A stretch of 64,000 nucleotides of DNA, taken from Malacoraja senta (taxonomy: Eukaryota). A model generated the notes under the pieces. That model saw nothing but the letters and a program-made list of their open reading frames with translations. It had not been told where the DNA came from and did not search any database. Within the stretch, counting starts at the first letter, position 1. Each line of letters begins with the position of its first letter. Below, one piece after another: positions 52,330 to 64,000 of this stretch. A program made the position numbers and the translations under genes. The stretch lies in assembly GCA_038087875.1 (NCBI GenBank), contig CM075997.1:1986001-2050000 (forward strand). The letters are read 5' to 3'.

Positions 52330-52845
52330 TTATCATCGGCAAGACCAAGCGCAGGCTCGGCGATCGTTTCGCTGAACACCTCTGCTCAGTCAACCTACCT
52401 GATCTCCCGTTCATCGCCGAGACCAAGCGCAGGCTCGGCGATCGTTTCGCTGAACACCTCCGTTCAGTCCGTCTTAACCTACCTGATCACCCGGTTGTTC
52501 AGCACTAACTTCCCATTCCCAATCTGACCTTTCTGTCCGTGGCCTCCTCCATTGTCAGAGTGAGGCCCAGCGTAAATTGGAGGAACAGCATCTCATATTT
52601 CGCTTGGGTAGCTTATGTCCCAGTGGTATGAACATTGACTTCTCTAACTTCAAATAGCCCATGCTTTCCCTCTCTCCATCTCCTTCCCCTTACCATTTCT
52701 CTTACCAGTCTTACTGTCTCTGACTACGTTCTATCTCTGTCCCGCCCATTCCCCTGACATCAGTGTGAAGAAGGGTCTCGACCTGAAACGTCCACGAGAG
52801 ATGCTGCCTGTCCCGCTGAGTTACTCCAGCATTTTGTGTCTACCA
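52330..52845 (+). mobile_element. Penelope-like element 3' fragment (GIY-YIG C-terminus + terminal repeat)
   Basis: IGKTKRRLGDRFAEHL (duplicated), then EAQRKLEEQHLIFRLGSLCPSGMNIDFSNFK* (stop 52655-52657), then the short hammerhead-like repeat found throughout the window. Confidence 0.85.
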
Positions 52846-53701
52846 TTGTTTTTATCTTATTGGGTTAGGTCATTGTATGTTGTTTTGAAGCTGGAGTTAA
52901 TAATTACCTGAAAGAACTTTTAATGAGGAAGAGAAAGGTAATTTCAGAGGATTTCACTTCCCCTTCATGGTGGCTATATTAGTACACGCCCTCTAATTCA
53001 GGCAGCATTCTGGTAAACCTCTCTATCACATTCTCCAAAGTCACTACAGCCTCCTTGTAATGGTGTAACCAAAACTGCACAAAATGCTCCAATTCTCTTA
53101 ACCAATGGAAAGTGGAGCACCCGGAGAAAGCCAACAAGGTCACAGGGACAAACTCCCTGCCGACTGCACCCGTAATTAGGATCAAACCCGGGTCTCTAGC
53201 GCTGTAAGGCAGCAACACTAGCGCTGTGCCACTGTGCCGCCTAACCCGTCTCATAGTTCTTGACATCAAGGCAGTTTTTAAAAGTTTGGCATTTAGGAGT
53301 TTTAGTAAATGCGTGGGTATTTGGGTTAGGGGATTTCTGCATTGGCTAGAGTCAAACTTAGTATGAAGGTTTTTGAGGCATTGATCAGTTTCTGCGAACG
53401 GAGTCTGAGACCATCGTCCAACTGCTACATCAATTAATTTATTTTGATCAATAGACTGGAAATGGAGATGCTTACTGATTGAGTAAAGTTGATTTCTGTT
53501 TGCACATCATCTGCCAAGAAAGCAATAATTGATCATATTGCGATGCATTTGGACAACATTCAAGTTTAGGCGTATAATTTTCAATTCATATGTAGTGCCA
53601 GCCAATGCCCATCTGATTCAAGTGAGTGAAGCCACATCTCTTTGCCATTGAAAGGTATGAATATTGCCAGATTCTCATTACCAACATCCCAGAGAATCCT
53701 A

Positions 53702-54004
53702 AGATAGACACAAAATGCTGGAGTAATTCAGTGCGACATGCAGAATATCTGGAGAGAAGGAACAGTTGACGTTTCGGATTGAGACCCTTCAAACTGAGAG
53801 TCGGGGGAAAGGGAAACGAGTGATATAGACAATGATGTAGAGAGATAGAAATGAATGAAAGATAAGCAAAAAAGTAACGATATAGAAAACAAGCCATTGT
53901 TACTGTTTGCTAGGTGAGAATGAGAAGCTGGTGTGACTTGGGTGAGGGAGGGATGGAAAGAGGGAATGCAGGAGTAACTTGAAGTTAGAGAAATCAATAT
54001 TCAA
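53702..54004 (-). mobile_element. Penelope-like element 3' end
   Basis: Minus strand encodes NIDFSNFK followed by the same terminal repeat. Confidence 0.7.
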
Positions 54005-54377
54005 TATCAATAGAGAATCAATATCAAGAGAATCCTATTGCACCACCATCAACACTACATGGGCAGATTTGAACGTACATTCTCTAGTGATTTTATTTCC
54101 TTCCTTGCTCTGTATTTTCACCCTTGGTGTGGCATAAGCCAGGAGCGGGATGAAATGCTGCCCGCTTGCCTATGTGAAGGCTACTTTGACAATACCTAAG
54201 CTCAGTAGCTTCCATGACAAAGCAGCCACCCGACTGGTAACCCACACAACATTAAACATTCATTCGCTTCACTACTCATTGTGGCTACCGTCTGTATGGT
54301 CTAAAAAAATGTTCTAAAGCAATTTGCCAGTGATTCTTGGAACTTCTCTTACTGTTTTTGTTTTTGTTTTTTTAAAG

Positions 54378-54486
54378 AAACAACTGAAACCAAGTCCAGC
54401 AAACCTTAAGGTCGTGCATGTGTCATCAAGAACCAAAGGTGGAAAGAAATCTAGTATTTCAGGAAGTCAAAATGAAGCCATTTCAG
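54378..54486 (+). CDS. MGA-like: MGA-like coding exon 7 (candidate)
   Basis: Poly-T tract + AAG| acceptor, open frame, G|GTGAGG donor, phase 0/1 fits both neighbours. Confidence 0.6.
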
Positions 54487-56466
54487 GTGAGGATATTGAA
54501 ATAAATATCTTTGAGATGTGAGGAATCATGGAGACAACGTCTTAAATTAGAAATATTTTTAAATGCATGTTTAAGTGAAAATCTTACATAATCATGAAAT
54601 ATGCAAAATAATTCTTGTTTATAGAATTCTCGTCTTCTAAAACCTGGCCTACCAATTTTTAAAAAGTAAAATATGGCATATGCCCGAGTTGGAACTTAGC
54701 CTGAATTTTACTAATAAAGGGTGTAAAAATCCCACCTTTGGATCCTGTCAGTATTTTACATGAACCATTGTTTAAATGCAAGTTTTGTCTGCGCAGTGTT
54801 CTGCATTTGATATTTAATATTAATTTGTGTTTACATTGGAGTCAATCAGTTGAGAAACAGGCCCTTCAACCTGTTCAGGCATGTTAAAGTTCTGCTTTAA
54901 CATGCCTGAACTGAGCAGCAAGTACCCTGGTATGTTTGATGATTCAAGGTACTTAAGCGTTATAAAAGTCTCTGCCTCCACCATCGTCTGGGCAGTGTGT
55001 TGCAGATTTCAACCACCTGGGTGAAAATAATCTTTCACAAAGGGCCTCTAAACTCTAACCCCTAACCTTAAACCTATGCATTCTGCCATAGGACTATGCA
55101 TTAAGGCACAACAAGCTCTCCTGGGTGTACGATAAAAAATAATCTCCCAAGCTTTTCATACTGGTGATGCTTTCTGGGGAATACTGGGGAACAATATTTT
55201 TAAAGTTAAAATCCCCTACCACTGTAACCCTTCCATCTGTTATTTGCGCACATATCTTCCCCGTCTTATCTCCTGCTGACATTTCGGAGGCATGCATATA
55301 CCACCGGTAAAATATCACTCGAGGTTTGTTGCTAAGTTATAACCCTTATGGGCTAATTTGAGGAGTCTTCAAAGATATCTTCCCCATTACTTAATTTACT
55401 GACTCCTTAATAAGTTGTAATACCAACTTTTTTTACATTCTTCCCCCATTCATGCACGAAGATTTATACCCTGGAATGTTGAATTACTAATCCTGCCCTT
55501 CAACCATGTCTCTCTAATAGAAACAATAAGCAGAAATGTTACCTCAATATTTCTGGTTCATAAAACTTTGCATTGGTAGGCACATAAACTATAAGCTGAG
55601 AGCTGATTTTTTTTAAAATAGTGCAAGTCCCTTTTAAAAATAAACAAAGTCATGAAATCTAATTCTTATGTCAATTTGCATCTCGAATTTTGTGCATAGT
55701 TCTGCTTCCATTCTGTCTCTTCTTCAGTTATAACCTTTTTTTTAACATATTTCATTGCTAATTTTGCTAACTAAATCTGTGCACTTGGTTAAATTTTGTA
55801 TATATCTATAAATATAAATGTGAACTATTCCCTTCTCAAGTTTAAATGTAACCCTGACACAATCACGAATGTTTTACCAAAGGGGACTGAAGCTGGTAAA
55901 ACTCTGCTCTGGTTGCTGCTTTGCAATAAATGCTCTTTTATTTTTGACAGGGGACAGTTATATCTTATTCTGTTTAATAGTAAGATTAAACGAGAACTTA
56001 CCAGTTTGAAGTTTGATCTTTATTTTATGAGGAGTTACGTTGAGGGATTACGTGAACAAGAGCCCGTCCAGCTGCACACGCGTCAATCTTCAAAGCAGCG
56101 GAGTGAAAATCACAGACGACAATTACTGAAGTATGATAGTAAGATACATAAGTACTAGAACTACCAGCTCGATCCTTTTATGAGGGTTGGAGCGAAGGGC
56201 ACGTAATCCCTAAACGTAACTCCTCATAAAATAAAGATCAAACTTCAAACTGGTAAGTTCTCGTTTAATCTTACTATTTTACTTCGGAGTCACGTGAGTG
56301 ACTACGTGAAGATTTCAAAGCTCTGTGATTTCACACCGTGGATTAAATCCAGGTGCTCACTGCACTGATTGACTCTATTGAGTAAGCACAATCAACAATG
56401 CATAACCACAACATTAAATGTAATCAGTTAATGGTTTTATTTATTATAACAATAGTAACCCATTTA

Positions 56467-57288
56467 TCATAATGGGGGATTTAATACTGAATCCAGCACG
56501 GCATCACCAAACACCCCAGGATCTTTAATCTCCTTATGGTAATACTTGTCAAACATCTGTTCACTTGCCCATCCTACGGCCGCGAGGATAAGGTCTATTG
56601 GAACGTCTGAATCCCTGGCCGCCGATGTTGATGCCGCCCTGGTGGAATGAGATTTAAATTTATCAGTATCAATACGTGAATAAATCAACACCTGTTTCAA
56701 CCATCTTGAAATTGTCTGTGTTGACACTTTCTTATGAGGACTTTTATGACTAATAAAAAATGCTAATTCTGTGCCTCTTAAGATTCTGGTTGTTTCCATG
56801 TAACATCTTATATATGTTACTACACATAGCCGTGGATCCATAGGATATGCTGAAAACCCCAACTTACATCCCATGAACCCAGGTCTACTTTGTTTCAGTA
56901 AATCATAGACATAGAATGTAACGGCATCTGCCCCTACTTTCATTCTGTCTCTTCTTACTTTCTGTATTGTTTGAACTCTCTGTGCTGAAACTAACGCCAT
57001 GAGCATAACCAACTTCATGGTAATTTTGGCCAATGACAGAGTTTCAATCGGATTCCATTCACGCAGCAGCATCAGTACATCTTTTACATTCCAGATTTCT
57101 GTATACCTAGGTCTAGGAGGTTTGGAGTTGAAAATTCCCTTCATAAACCTACAGGCCCAAGGATGTGATCCTATTGGATTTTGTTCTGATTCACTGCTTA
57201 AATATGTAGAGAGTGCACTACGTGCAGTATTGATTGCACTATAACTTAATTTTAATTCAAAATAAAGAGTTGAAAGAAACTCTAACAC
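56467..57288 (-). CDS. DIRS tyrosine recombinase
   Basis: Catalytic set present: SAQR, LLKQ, HSTR, GW, FDKYY. Confidence 0.85.
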   Translation of the reverse strand: MLEFLSTLYFELKLSYSAINTARSALSTYLSSESEQNPIGSHPWACRFMKGIFNSKPPRPRYTEIWNVKDVLMLLREWNPIETLSLAKITMKLVMLMALVSAQRVQTIQKVRRDRMKVGADAVTFYVYDLLKQSRPGFMGCKLGFSAYPMDPRLCVVTYIRCYMETTRILRGTELAFFISHKSPHKKVSTQTISRWLKQVLIYSRIDTDKFKSHSTRAASTSAARDSDVPIDLILAAVGWASEQMFDKYYHKEIKDPGVFGDAVLDSVLNPPL

Positions 57289-57665
57289 ATCTGAAATTCT
57301 GCTGTGTTATATGCAATATTCTTTTCTGGACAAAACGCCTCCCATTTCCTTATATAAGAAATGTATTGCTTCTGGGTACTATTTCTCCAGGCTGCTGCCA
57401 TAACATCCACCGTACGGTCTGATAATCCTCTTCCAAGATATGGCCTTCTTAGAATCTGCAAATCAACAAATCAATACGATCATGTAAAGGATGTGGTTCA
57501 TCAGTTACAGGGTCTACAAGCAGTTTTACCTGCTTTGGAATAACCATAAGGGTTTTTTTGATCATGTTTAACACCAGTGGGTACCATAGCTGTGTAGGCC
57601 AATCTGGCACCACCAAAATCCCCGAGGCTGAGTCCTGTTTAATTTTCTGTATGCATCGATTGATT

Positions 57666-58541
57666 ACAATACAATTTACAATACAATTTATTTGTCTTTT
57701 GGACAAATTTGTCATTTGGACCCCGTTGAGGTCCAAACGAAATGTCATTTCTGCAGCCATACATTACAAAACGAAGAAGACCCGAGACACAACACAATTT
57801 ACACATACATCCATCACAGCGCTGTGATGGAAGGCAAAAAAACGTATCTCTCCACTGCACTCCCCCCCCCCCCCCCCCCCCCCGCCCCCGCCCGATGTCA
57901 AAGTCCCCGGCGGGCGATGGTGATTATCCCGCGGCCATTAAAGCCACGCCGGGTGATGCAAGGTCGCGCACCGGGTCTTGGTGTTAGAGCCCCGGCGCGC
58001 GCTCGCAAAGTCCGGCGGCCATTCCAAGCCACGCGGGGGGATAAAGCCCCGCTCCAGATGCTCTTCAACCCCGCAATTCGGGCGGGAGAAGTCGCCGCTG
58101 CGGAAGCCCCGAAAAGCGGTCTCCCACCAGGGGACCCGCGGGCTTCCGGTGTTGCCGTCCGCCAGACCCGCGGTTGTAGCCTCCGAATCTCCGGAGGTCG
58201 GGTAGCAGCAGCGATTGTCACCACCACAGCTCCACCCGCTCCGGACACGACCAGCCCCGCGACGGTGAGTAGTCCGCAGCTCCGCAACTGGAGCCCCAGG
58301 TCGTTCCTGCTGGAGGCCGCTCCACGTTGCCCAGCCCCAACGACAACGGAGACCCGACAAAGAGAAAGGTCGGGTCTCCCGTGCAGGGGAAAGATTTTAA
58401 AGTTCCCCCCACCACCCCCCACCCCACACACATACCCCGACAAAAAATAAAAATAAGAAACTACATAAAAACGAGACAAAAATAATAAAAAGACAGACGG
58501 ACTGCAGAGGCCGCTGCAAACGAGAGTCGCGCCGCCCACCA
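57666..58541 (-). mobile_element. GC-rich non-autonomous retroposon inserted in the DIRS MTase domain
   Basis: Splits YAFPPFS/LINRCIQKI. The minus-strand 3' end has AATAAA + (TTGTA)n, with the stem-loop TTTGGACC..GGTCCAAA (~57715-57737). Confidence 0.7.
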
Positions 58542-61500
58542 AACGAAAACGGAGGAAATGCATACAGAAACATATCACCCCAATGCAGCAAGAAAGCACC
58601 CATCGCTACTGCACCAGGATCAGGTTCCCATGACACATACTTAGGCAATTGGTGGTTAAGTCTTGATGCAAACAAATCAATCTCTGGCATTCCAAATTGT
58701 GCTACAATTTGCTTAAATATTTCATGATGCAACATCCATTCTGTATTATCATTAAATTTACGTGACCTTTTGTCTGCAACTATGTTAAATTTGCCTGGTA
58801 AATACATTGCTGACAGCCAAATTTTCCTGGCAATACACCAGGTCCAAATTTCATTTGCCAATCTATCACATGATTCTGACTTGATACCACCCATATGATT
58901 TACATATGCTACAGCTGTAGTATTGTCAACCTGTACCTGAACATGTACATTTTCCATATTAGTGCAATAAGCTTTAAGCCCATAAAATGCTCCTACCAGC
59001 TCTAGGTAATTTATACCTTGATTTTCAAGCAAAGGTACTTCATCCACATTCCACCTACCTCCACAGCTGGAAACAATGTTAGTTGCGCCCCATCCTAGAG
59101 CACTTACATCAGTCTGTAGAATAACGGAAGGTGTATCTACCAAAACTTTCCTGGAAGCATTAGAGACATTGTTAATCCACCATTCTATTTCTGTAATAGG
59201 TTCAATTGTCAATTGCATGGGCCTGTCAAAATGCCCTGCATTCCTCTTTAATGCTTGTACCTTAGCCCTCTGCAAATGCTGATAATGCAATGGTCCAAAT
59301 CTTACAGCTGGAAAAGCAGCAATTAATTTGCCCAGCAAGCTTGCCACTTGTCTAATTGAACTCATTAATGAGCTTAGTACAACCTTCAATTAACTGCAGT
59401 CTTTGGCAAGGTGATTACCATGTGTTCTGAGTTAATTGTGAACCCTAGGTAATCAATCTTTATGCTTGGTAATAATTTCGATTTTTGTGGGTGAATAATG
59501 AATCCCATTTTTTCAAAAATGTACTTGACTCTTAATACTGACCCCTTTGCGGTAGCCAAAGTGTCCCCCACGATCAGAATATCATCCAAATAAGCCATTA
59601 ATACATGGCCCTCAGCTCTTAGCAGAGCTAAAATTGGTGTGAGCAATTTTGTAAATAACCTTGGTGCTGAAGTCAGACCATTGGGCAATGCTTTAAATTG
59701 CCATAACTGACTCATCCACCTGAATTTAGATATCTTTGATCATTACCACGCATTGACACAGAATAATATGCATCTTGCAGATCTATGCTTGCCATATAGC
59801 AATTTCTTGTGACCAGCTGAATGGCATTAGTAAATGTTTCCATTTTGAAATGTTTATATTGTACATAAAGGTTAAGACTTGTCAGATCCAGAATAATTCT
59901 GCATCCACCATCCTTTTTTGTTCTGGGATAAATGCTTGACACAAACTGATGGTGTTGTTCTACTGACTTTTCTATTACACCTTTGTCGCATAAAATTTCA
60001 ATTCTCCCTGGATCTGCGTATACTCTTCCTGTGAGAAAATACGTGCCCGGTTTGAAATATATTGAGTAGGAGGATCCAAATGTGGATAGAACTCAATTCT
60101 AAATCCCACTATGCTGCACAGTATAAACGAATCATTTGTTATTAATTGCCATTCTTTTAGGAAGAATCGTAATCTTCCCCCCACTTGTGAGTGTAAAACA
60201 TTTGTTGTGTTTCTTACCAGACCAGACCCCCCTACCTCGGGGTTTGCCATCGGCAAATGTTGTCCCCTTCTAGTAGGCACATTGTAACCTCCACGTATTC
60301 CCGGTGCAGCACGTCAACGTGTATATGGGTACGATCGGCTTGTTCCTTCTCCAGCACCAGCCATCCGTCTGTAGGGATACTGCCTTCGCACCGCTCTGCT
60401 CAGCATAGGTGGTTTCACCATCATACCCATCATGTTTTTTGACTCTTCATTTAGTTCTTTTAACTTCTTTGCTAGATTTTTCTCCAAAAAGCAGATTAGG
60501 CATTTGTATATTGGATGGTTTACGGAGCCCTGCATACTTAGGATGAATATTCGGTCTTATTGCACTTTTACGAATACAGTTAATTTCAAAGTGCGCACTA
60601 CACATGAGTGCTAAGGCATCTTGTTGTGAATCAGATATAAGATCTTCATCCAACCCCCTGGCAAATGCCGTAATGCCTGACCCCAGCAATTTCAGCACTC
60701 GTAATTTCAATTCTTGTGAGCGTAATCCAATGCTCAAATAACCCCATATCAAGTTATTCACCGCTGGGACTGCTAGCAGTTCACAATTTGCCGGGGTCTC
60801 ATATTTTTTGACAGTCTCATCCATAGTTAATTCCTGAAGCTGATGGGAGAGCAGATAATTTATAGTCATTGCTATTTCATCTCTCAAAGGTTCCCCTGTT
60901 ACTCTGGGAACAGCAAACTTTTGTGCCAGCCCTGGTACTTTGAGCTCTGATAATGGGCTCTGGTCCTCATACAAATCATCATCTGAATCTAGATGTTCCT
61001 CTTCTCGATGGGAAATTTCTGGCTCCCCTGTTTCAGGTAAGCCTCTGCCAGATTCCCCCTGCGCGGGCTCTCCTGTAGGCCCACGGATAGGCAGCCCTGT
61101 TTCAGGTGCTGCTGGCGCTGGCTCATTTCTAGGCCAACGCTTCATTTGTTTTTCTTTAGACATTGTCGGTGCTGGCACATCTCTCAACCAATGTTTGTAC
61201 TGCCTTTGTTCAGGCATTTCTGGTACTGGCTCTCCGGTAGGCCAACACATATACTGCCTTTTTGCTGGCATTTCGGGCACTGGCTCCTCCTGTAGGCCAA
61301 CCACTGTATTGTCTCTGCACAGGCATTCCTGATGGCTCTCCTGTAGGCCACCCTTGTGCCTGTCCCATCCAAGGCACCCCTGTGCTGTATCTTCAATAGG
61401 CCAACACGGACTGAATTCCTCCTGTGGGGGTTCTTTATAAATCATTTTCCCCATAAGGAGTTCCAAACTTGCGACCCTAGGAGCCATTACATTTCCTGAC

Positions 61501-62321
61501 TGAGGAGGGTATTCCTCCGGGTCTGACTCACTGGAGTCTACCAGTCGTGCGGACTTTTGTCCTGCCTTGCGCCCTGCCGGCGGTATAACGGCACTTTCGA
61601 CCGCAACGGGAGTTAATGGCCTCGTTGCCACTGACTCCTCCAACTGACGGCCCGCTACCCTCAGGAACTTGGGTTTTACCTGCGGTACGTCTCTTTCCCC
61701 TACGCCCTTTCTCCATGATAAACTTGCGTGGAGCTCCACCAACAAGTCTGACAAGAAAAAGCGATTCTGGAAGTGAAAGTGAAAGCACTTCCCTTCCGAC
61801 TTTTTTGCTTTACTCACCGCTTGGAGGAGCTCCTGCTCCTCCACACACGGTCATGAACGCTATGCGTCTGACGATATGACGCGTGTGCGGCTGGACGGGC
61901 TCTTCTTCACGTAGTCACTCACGTGACTCCAAAGTAAAATTCTTCATTCAAAGTCCTTGATCTCTATGCTAGCTTCCTCACCCGTTGCATACTATTTTCA
62001 TCAATTCTGGAAACAAATGATCTTAATAGTCGTTGCTTCCGTCTAGATTAAGGCATCAATTCGTTTTTGATTGTGGATCAAGAGCCAGAGCGCTGTTCCA
62101 TACCTTAAGACTACTGCATGAAGGCCTCAGTCCATGCAGATAGTTATCATGTTTGTATCATTTGTTTTTGCATTGTGTATGAAATATTTTGTAATAGACA
62201 AGGCTAAGATAACATGTTAATTAATTTAATATTTTTATTGCTCTAATACCGTTTCTTCTCCATTATCTGCTCACAAAAAAAAAAGTTTTCATTGTTATTA
62301 ACAATTTTCTTCCTCTTTCAG

Positions 62322-62575
62322 ATGATAAAAATGTAGAGCGAGAAGAAAGGTGTAAGCAGCTACCATTGATGCCAAACAAACCACCTGACTCTAAAACAGT
62401 TGAGATAATATCCTACTGTGCATGGAACGAAAATCGTGTTAAGATAATTAAGCTGATCGCAGAATGTGCAATGGCTAAAAAACTTCCCTGTACCCAGCGG
62501 TTAGACAAATATGAAATTCATGTGGAAAGAAGAGAAGGGACTTTGTTGTTTTCCCTAAGAAGCAGGTTGATTTGA
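62322..62575 (+). CDS. MGA-like: MGA-like coding exon 8 (candidate; 3' end uncertain)
   Basis: Strong acceptor TTTTCTTCCTCTTTCAG, phase 1. IIKLIAECAMAKKLPCT weakly resembles MGA VKLMDLEDCALWEGKPRT. In-frame TGA at 62573-62575. Confidence 0.55.
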
Positions 62576-62957
62576 GAGCAACCATCCAGAATTTCTCTGA
62601 CTCGGAATGTGTATATGACAAGGCCAATGGTGCAAACTATGGTGATTGAAGCTGTGGTTGGCAAATCTGCTTTTAAACAAAACTGAATCATTTAATATCC
62701 AAGGTGAGAGCTTCACTTTTTATACATTCCTTCCTGCAGCAATCAGTGGGATCTCTGATTGCCATGCCACCTAACAATGTGCAATGTTTAATTCAGTGAC
62801 CTGGGTCAAAATTTGTTAAGACTGTCCTAACTGTAGGCCTTTTGAGTAAGGCCTTTCTTGAGCATTAGTGTTCTCTGGGGCTCATCATACATTTGATTAA
62901 CAAGTTTTCAATTACTATATCATCTGGCTAGCACGTTGTGTGTCTTTCATCAATGGA

Positions 62958-63268
62958 TTTAGTTTAGTTTATAGATACAGCGCGGAAACAGGCCCTTCGG
63001 CCCACTGAGTCCATGCCGACCAATGATCCCGCACATTAACACTATCCTACACACTCTAGGGGCAATTTACATTTATACCAAGCCAATTAACCTACAAACC
63101 TGTACGTCTTTGGAGTGTGGGAGGAAACCGAAGATCTCAGAGAAAACCCAGGTGTTTCACGGGGAGAAACGTACAAACTCCGTACAGACCACCCCGTAGT
63201 CCAGGATCGATCCGGGTCCCTGGCGCTGCAAGCAATGCAAGGCAGCAACTCTACTGCTGCACCCCGTG
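62958..63268 (-). mobile_element. tRNA-derived SINE (HE1-like)
   Basis: Reverse complement of the 49847-50134 SINE. Confidence 0.85.
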
Positions 63269-64000
63269 ATACTGGTCCAATTTAGTTCGTGCAAATTACA
63301 AACTATAGCATTTTGTTCAGATGTCCCTCCATTATTAGGCTTCTGAACAGTCCTTCCATAAGCTACAGTTAGATTCACCTCTACCCCATTGCGGACATTG
63401 GACAGTCCATGGAACTGATGCGCGACAATGCTGAGAACTGTATTCGGCACTCTGTATCCTCTCCTTTGCTCCATCTATTGTACTTGAGTTTGTATTGACT
63501 GTATCTATGTCTGGTATATCTGGTCTGGATTACGTGCAAAACAAAGCTTTTCACTTTACCTTGGTACATGTGACAATAACAAGTTTGAACCTCATTGGAG
63601 ATCCAAATATATTCCAATACCACAGTAGAGCAGAGAGGTGTTCCTTCATTTAGTGAATGTGACAAGGTTCTGAGTAGTTGCAAAATAATGCAATACAGAT
63701 TTTGGAGAGGAAATTTGACAACAGCAAGTAGTATCGTGTTTGATTACGGAGATCCTTACTTGAGCATTGAACAGTGTGTGCATTGTAATAGGAAACCAGA
63801 GACAGGGGAGAGGGGTGTGTGGGCAGGCTGTGAAATGTTGTAGTAATGGAGGGGAGGGGAGGACGTCTCGAAAATCATTCCTTCCTTCACTGATAGCATA
63901 ATTCAGAAGATTAAATATTTATGTTTGTATCCACCAGTTTACCCATAACATGCTTAACCTGTTCCATAGCTGTGGAGAATGTTTTGTTTTTATGTTGCCA

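Larger units (their letters stand above)
55976..61940 (-). mobile_element. DIRS1-type tyrosine-recombinase retrotransposon, full span, frameshifted, in an MGA-like intron
   Basis: gag-like ORF 60447-61844. RT (IILDL, DLQDAY, LPNGL, YLDD), RNase H (TDVSALGWG, INYLEL, DNTTA), MTase-like (IDLFAS, YAFPP), and YR ORF. ITRs, ICR and AAT at both borders. Confidence 0.95.

Noticed and set aside
56467..57288. Phage integrase or bacterial contamination
   Set aside because: Embedded with RT/RNase H and ITR/ICR structure, so it is a DIRS retrotransposon recombinase.
57692..58599. Overlapping 140-252 aa ORFs
   Set aside because: Stop-poor GC-rich insert with no recognisable domain.

Overview
Eukaryotic vertebrate DNA, most likely a cartilaginous fish (inferred from the repeat content: HE1-like tRNA-derived SINEs, CR1 LINEs, Penelope remnants). 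Three spliced + strand genes were assembled by eye from splice signals and protein motifs. (1) An apparently incomplete tandem-repeat-type galectin (~3889-11504), with an antisense BCL7A-like exon-1 fragment in one intron. (2) A 4-exon THAP8/THAP5-family gene (13668-35057, ~506 aa). (3) A divergent MGA-like T-box gene (41497 to at least 62575) with an altered DNA-contact helix and a CpG-island promoter carrying T-box, E-box and E2F6-type motifs. Transposons include the 5' part of a Gypsy LTR element, several CR1 LINEs, a composite non-autonomous Helitron, a full-span degenerate DIRS1-type element with ITR/ICR, hAT and Harbinger MITEs, Rex1-like fragments and many Penelope-derived repeats with minimal hammerhead-ribozyme-like cores. 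A 200-N assembly gap lies at 38000-38199. No database searches were run; family assignments come from recalled sequence motifs.
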